In this document: positions 62,973 through 64,000 of the stretch, one piece after another
Layout: each line of letters opens with the position of its first letter
Position numbering within the stretch: the first letter of the stretch is position 1
Origin: an uncultured Muribaculaceae bacterium
Lineage (GTDB): Bacteria; Bacillota_I; Bacilli_A; RF39; UBA660
Assembly (NCBI GenBank): GCA_964513345.1
Contig: CAZELY010000001.1
Span: 8,289 to 72,288, forward strand
Length of the DNA stretch: 64,000 nt
Direction of reading: 5' to 3'
Notes under the pieces: model-generated
Database searches by the model: none
Told to the model about the DNA's origin: nothing
The model's input: the letters and a program-made list of their open reading frames with translations, nothing else
Position numbers and translations under genes: made by a program

Positions 62973-64000
62973 ATGACCAAGCCAAATTTATTAATAGTTG
63001 TTGATGAAAGAAAAATGGGTGGAGTATCAATTTTACTGGAAGACATGATTGAACTAGGCGTTTTTGACGAATATGAAACTGATGTTGTGGTATTACATAA
63101 TAATGGCCAAATGTTTGAAAAAATTAAAAACAAAGTCAACATTATTTATGGCACTTCATATTTCAATACTGTTGATTTGCCAATTAAAGAGGCATTAAGG
63201 TCAAAACAAATTAGCCGTATTTTTTCAAAAGCGCGACTTGTTTTTGAAATGAAAACGGGGTTAATTGGTAGAAGAATAAAAAAAGAAAGAGCAAAAATTT
63301 TATCGAAAAAATATGATTTTGAGATTGCATTTAAAGACGGTTTTACCGCCTTATTTACTGCGTTTGGTGATAGTGACAAGAAAATTCATTGGTTACACTA
63401 TGAATATGGTTTGAATAATCCAAATAGGCGTTACAGCAAACTATTTAACAATATAATTCCGAAATTCGATAAATTTATTGCGGTTTCAAATGGAGTTAAA
63501 GCTTCATTTGAAAGCGAATATAATGTTTCAAATATAGACGTTATACCAAACATCATTAATAAAGAAAAAATTATTAAAATGGCTAATGAACCTTCAGCAT
63601 TCAATCTTGATAAATCTAAACTTAATATTGTTTGTGTAGGGCGCATTCATCCAGTAAAAGGTTATGAACGTCTTTTAGAAGTTGTTTCAAAATTAAAAGA
63701 CTATAAAAGTAATTTCAAAATAACAGTTATCGGCGATGGTGAAAACATTGACTATTTAAAAAAAGAAGCTCTTGATTTACCGATCGAATTTGTAGGTGGC
63801 ATGAATAATCCATATAAAGAAATAAAAAATTTTGATTTATTATTACTGCCTTCTTTATATGAAGCATTTGGTTTAGTAACTTTGGAAGCTTTTATTCTTG
63901 GTGTGCCTGTAATTTCGACTCTTACCGCGGCGACTAAAGATATTATTGAAGATGGTGTTAACGGTTTAATAGTTGAAAACTCATCTGCAGGGCTTTATAA
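62973..64000 (+). CDS. GT4-type (GT-B) glycosyltransferase, 3' end outside window; not in the supplied ORF track
   Basis: ATG 62973 follows TAGGTGA. Frame is open to the window end. MTKPNLLIVVDERKMGGVS...VGRIHPVKGY...PSLYEAFGLVTLEAFILGVPVIST (E-x7-E motif). Confidence 0.8.
   Translation, partial: MTKPNLLIVVDERKMGGVSILLEDMIELGVFDEYETDVVVLHNNGQMFEKIKNKVNIIYGTSYFNTVDLPIKEALRSKQISRIFSKARLVFEMKTGLIGRRIKKERAKILSKKYDFEIAFKDGFTALFTAFGDSDKKIHWLHYEYGLNNPNRRYSKLFNNIIPKFDKFIAVSNGVKASFESEYNVSNIDVIPNIINKEKIIKMANEPSAFNLDKSKLNIVCVGRIHPVKGYERLLEVVSKLKDYKSNFKITVIGDGENIDYLKKEALDLPIEFVGGMNNPYKEIKNFDLLLLPSLYEAFGLVTLEAFILGVPVISTLTAATKDIIEDGVNGLIVENSSAGLY

Overview
AT-rich chromosomal segment from a low-GC Gram-positive bacterium (Bacillota). 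The taxon is inferred only from gene content and Bacillus-like synteny: eno; rnj; recD2; ylbJ-ylbL; ftsA-ftsZ; comN-like-secDF-relA-dtd; hisS-aspS followed by a 6S-like RNA; rnhC; cvpA; lspA-rluD; spoIVB. No similarity search, HMM scan or structure prediction could be run. All calls come from reading the translations and the DNA. Three accessory themes sit on the housekeeping backbone. (1) A dispersed type IV pilus/Com-like gene set. It has two tandem, very large proteins (about 1,196 aa and 655 aa) that begin with canonical prepilin signals (G|FTLIE) and a pilin head, then continue as chains of Cys-stapled Ig-like modules ending in Cys/Trp/Tyr-rich tails. Each is accompanied by a small paralogous membrane or lipoprotein. 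About 10 kb away lies a ComGA/PilB-like ATPase with a ~100-aa Gln/Pro/Tyr-rich repeat tail, divergent from two ordinary-sized pilin-like genes. No platform protein or prepilin peptidase is in the window. I consider this the most novel-looking system here. (2) A ~7 kb block of five monocistronic genes between dtd and hisS. It holds two thioester-domain (Cys...TQxALW) surface adhesins with Cys-bounded ~30-aa repeats and a VPSTG-type sorting signal, two paralogous PEPT-linker membrane-anchored proteins, and a 608-aa very acidic protein. A class B-like sortase lies 5 kb downstream. (3) An envelope and glycopolymer region. It includes a GH73 autolysin, a kinase-less PASTA protein, an acyltransferase-3 gene broken at an A7 tract, an LtaS-like enzyme, pssA-psd, and a Stealth/LicD/Alg13-14/Wzx/GT2/GT4 phosphoglycan locus that runs off the window end. 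Two solitary tRNA genes (Met-CAT, Glu-CTC) are present. No CRISPR array, transposase or integrase was seen.
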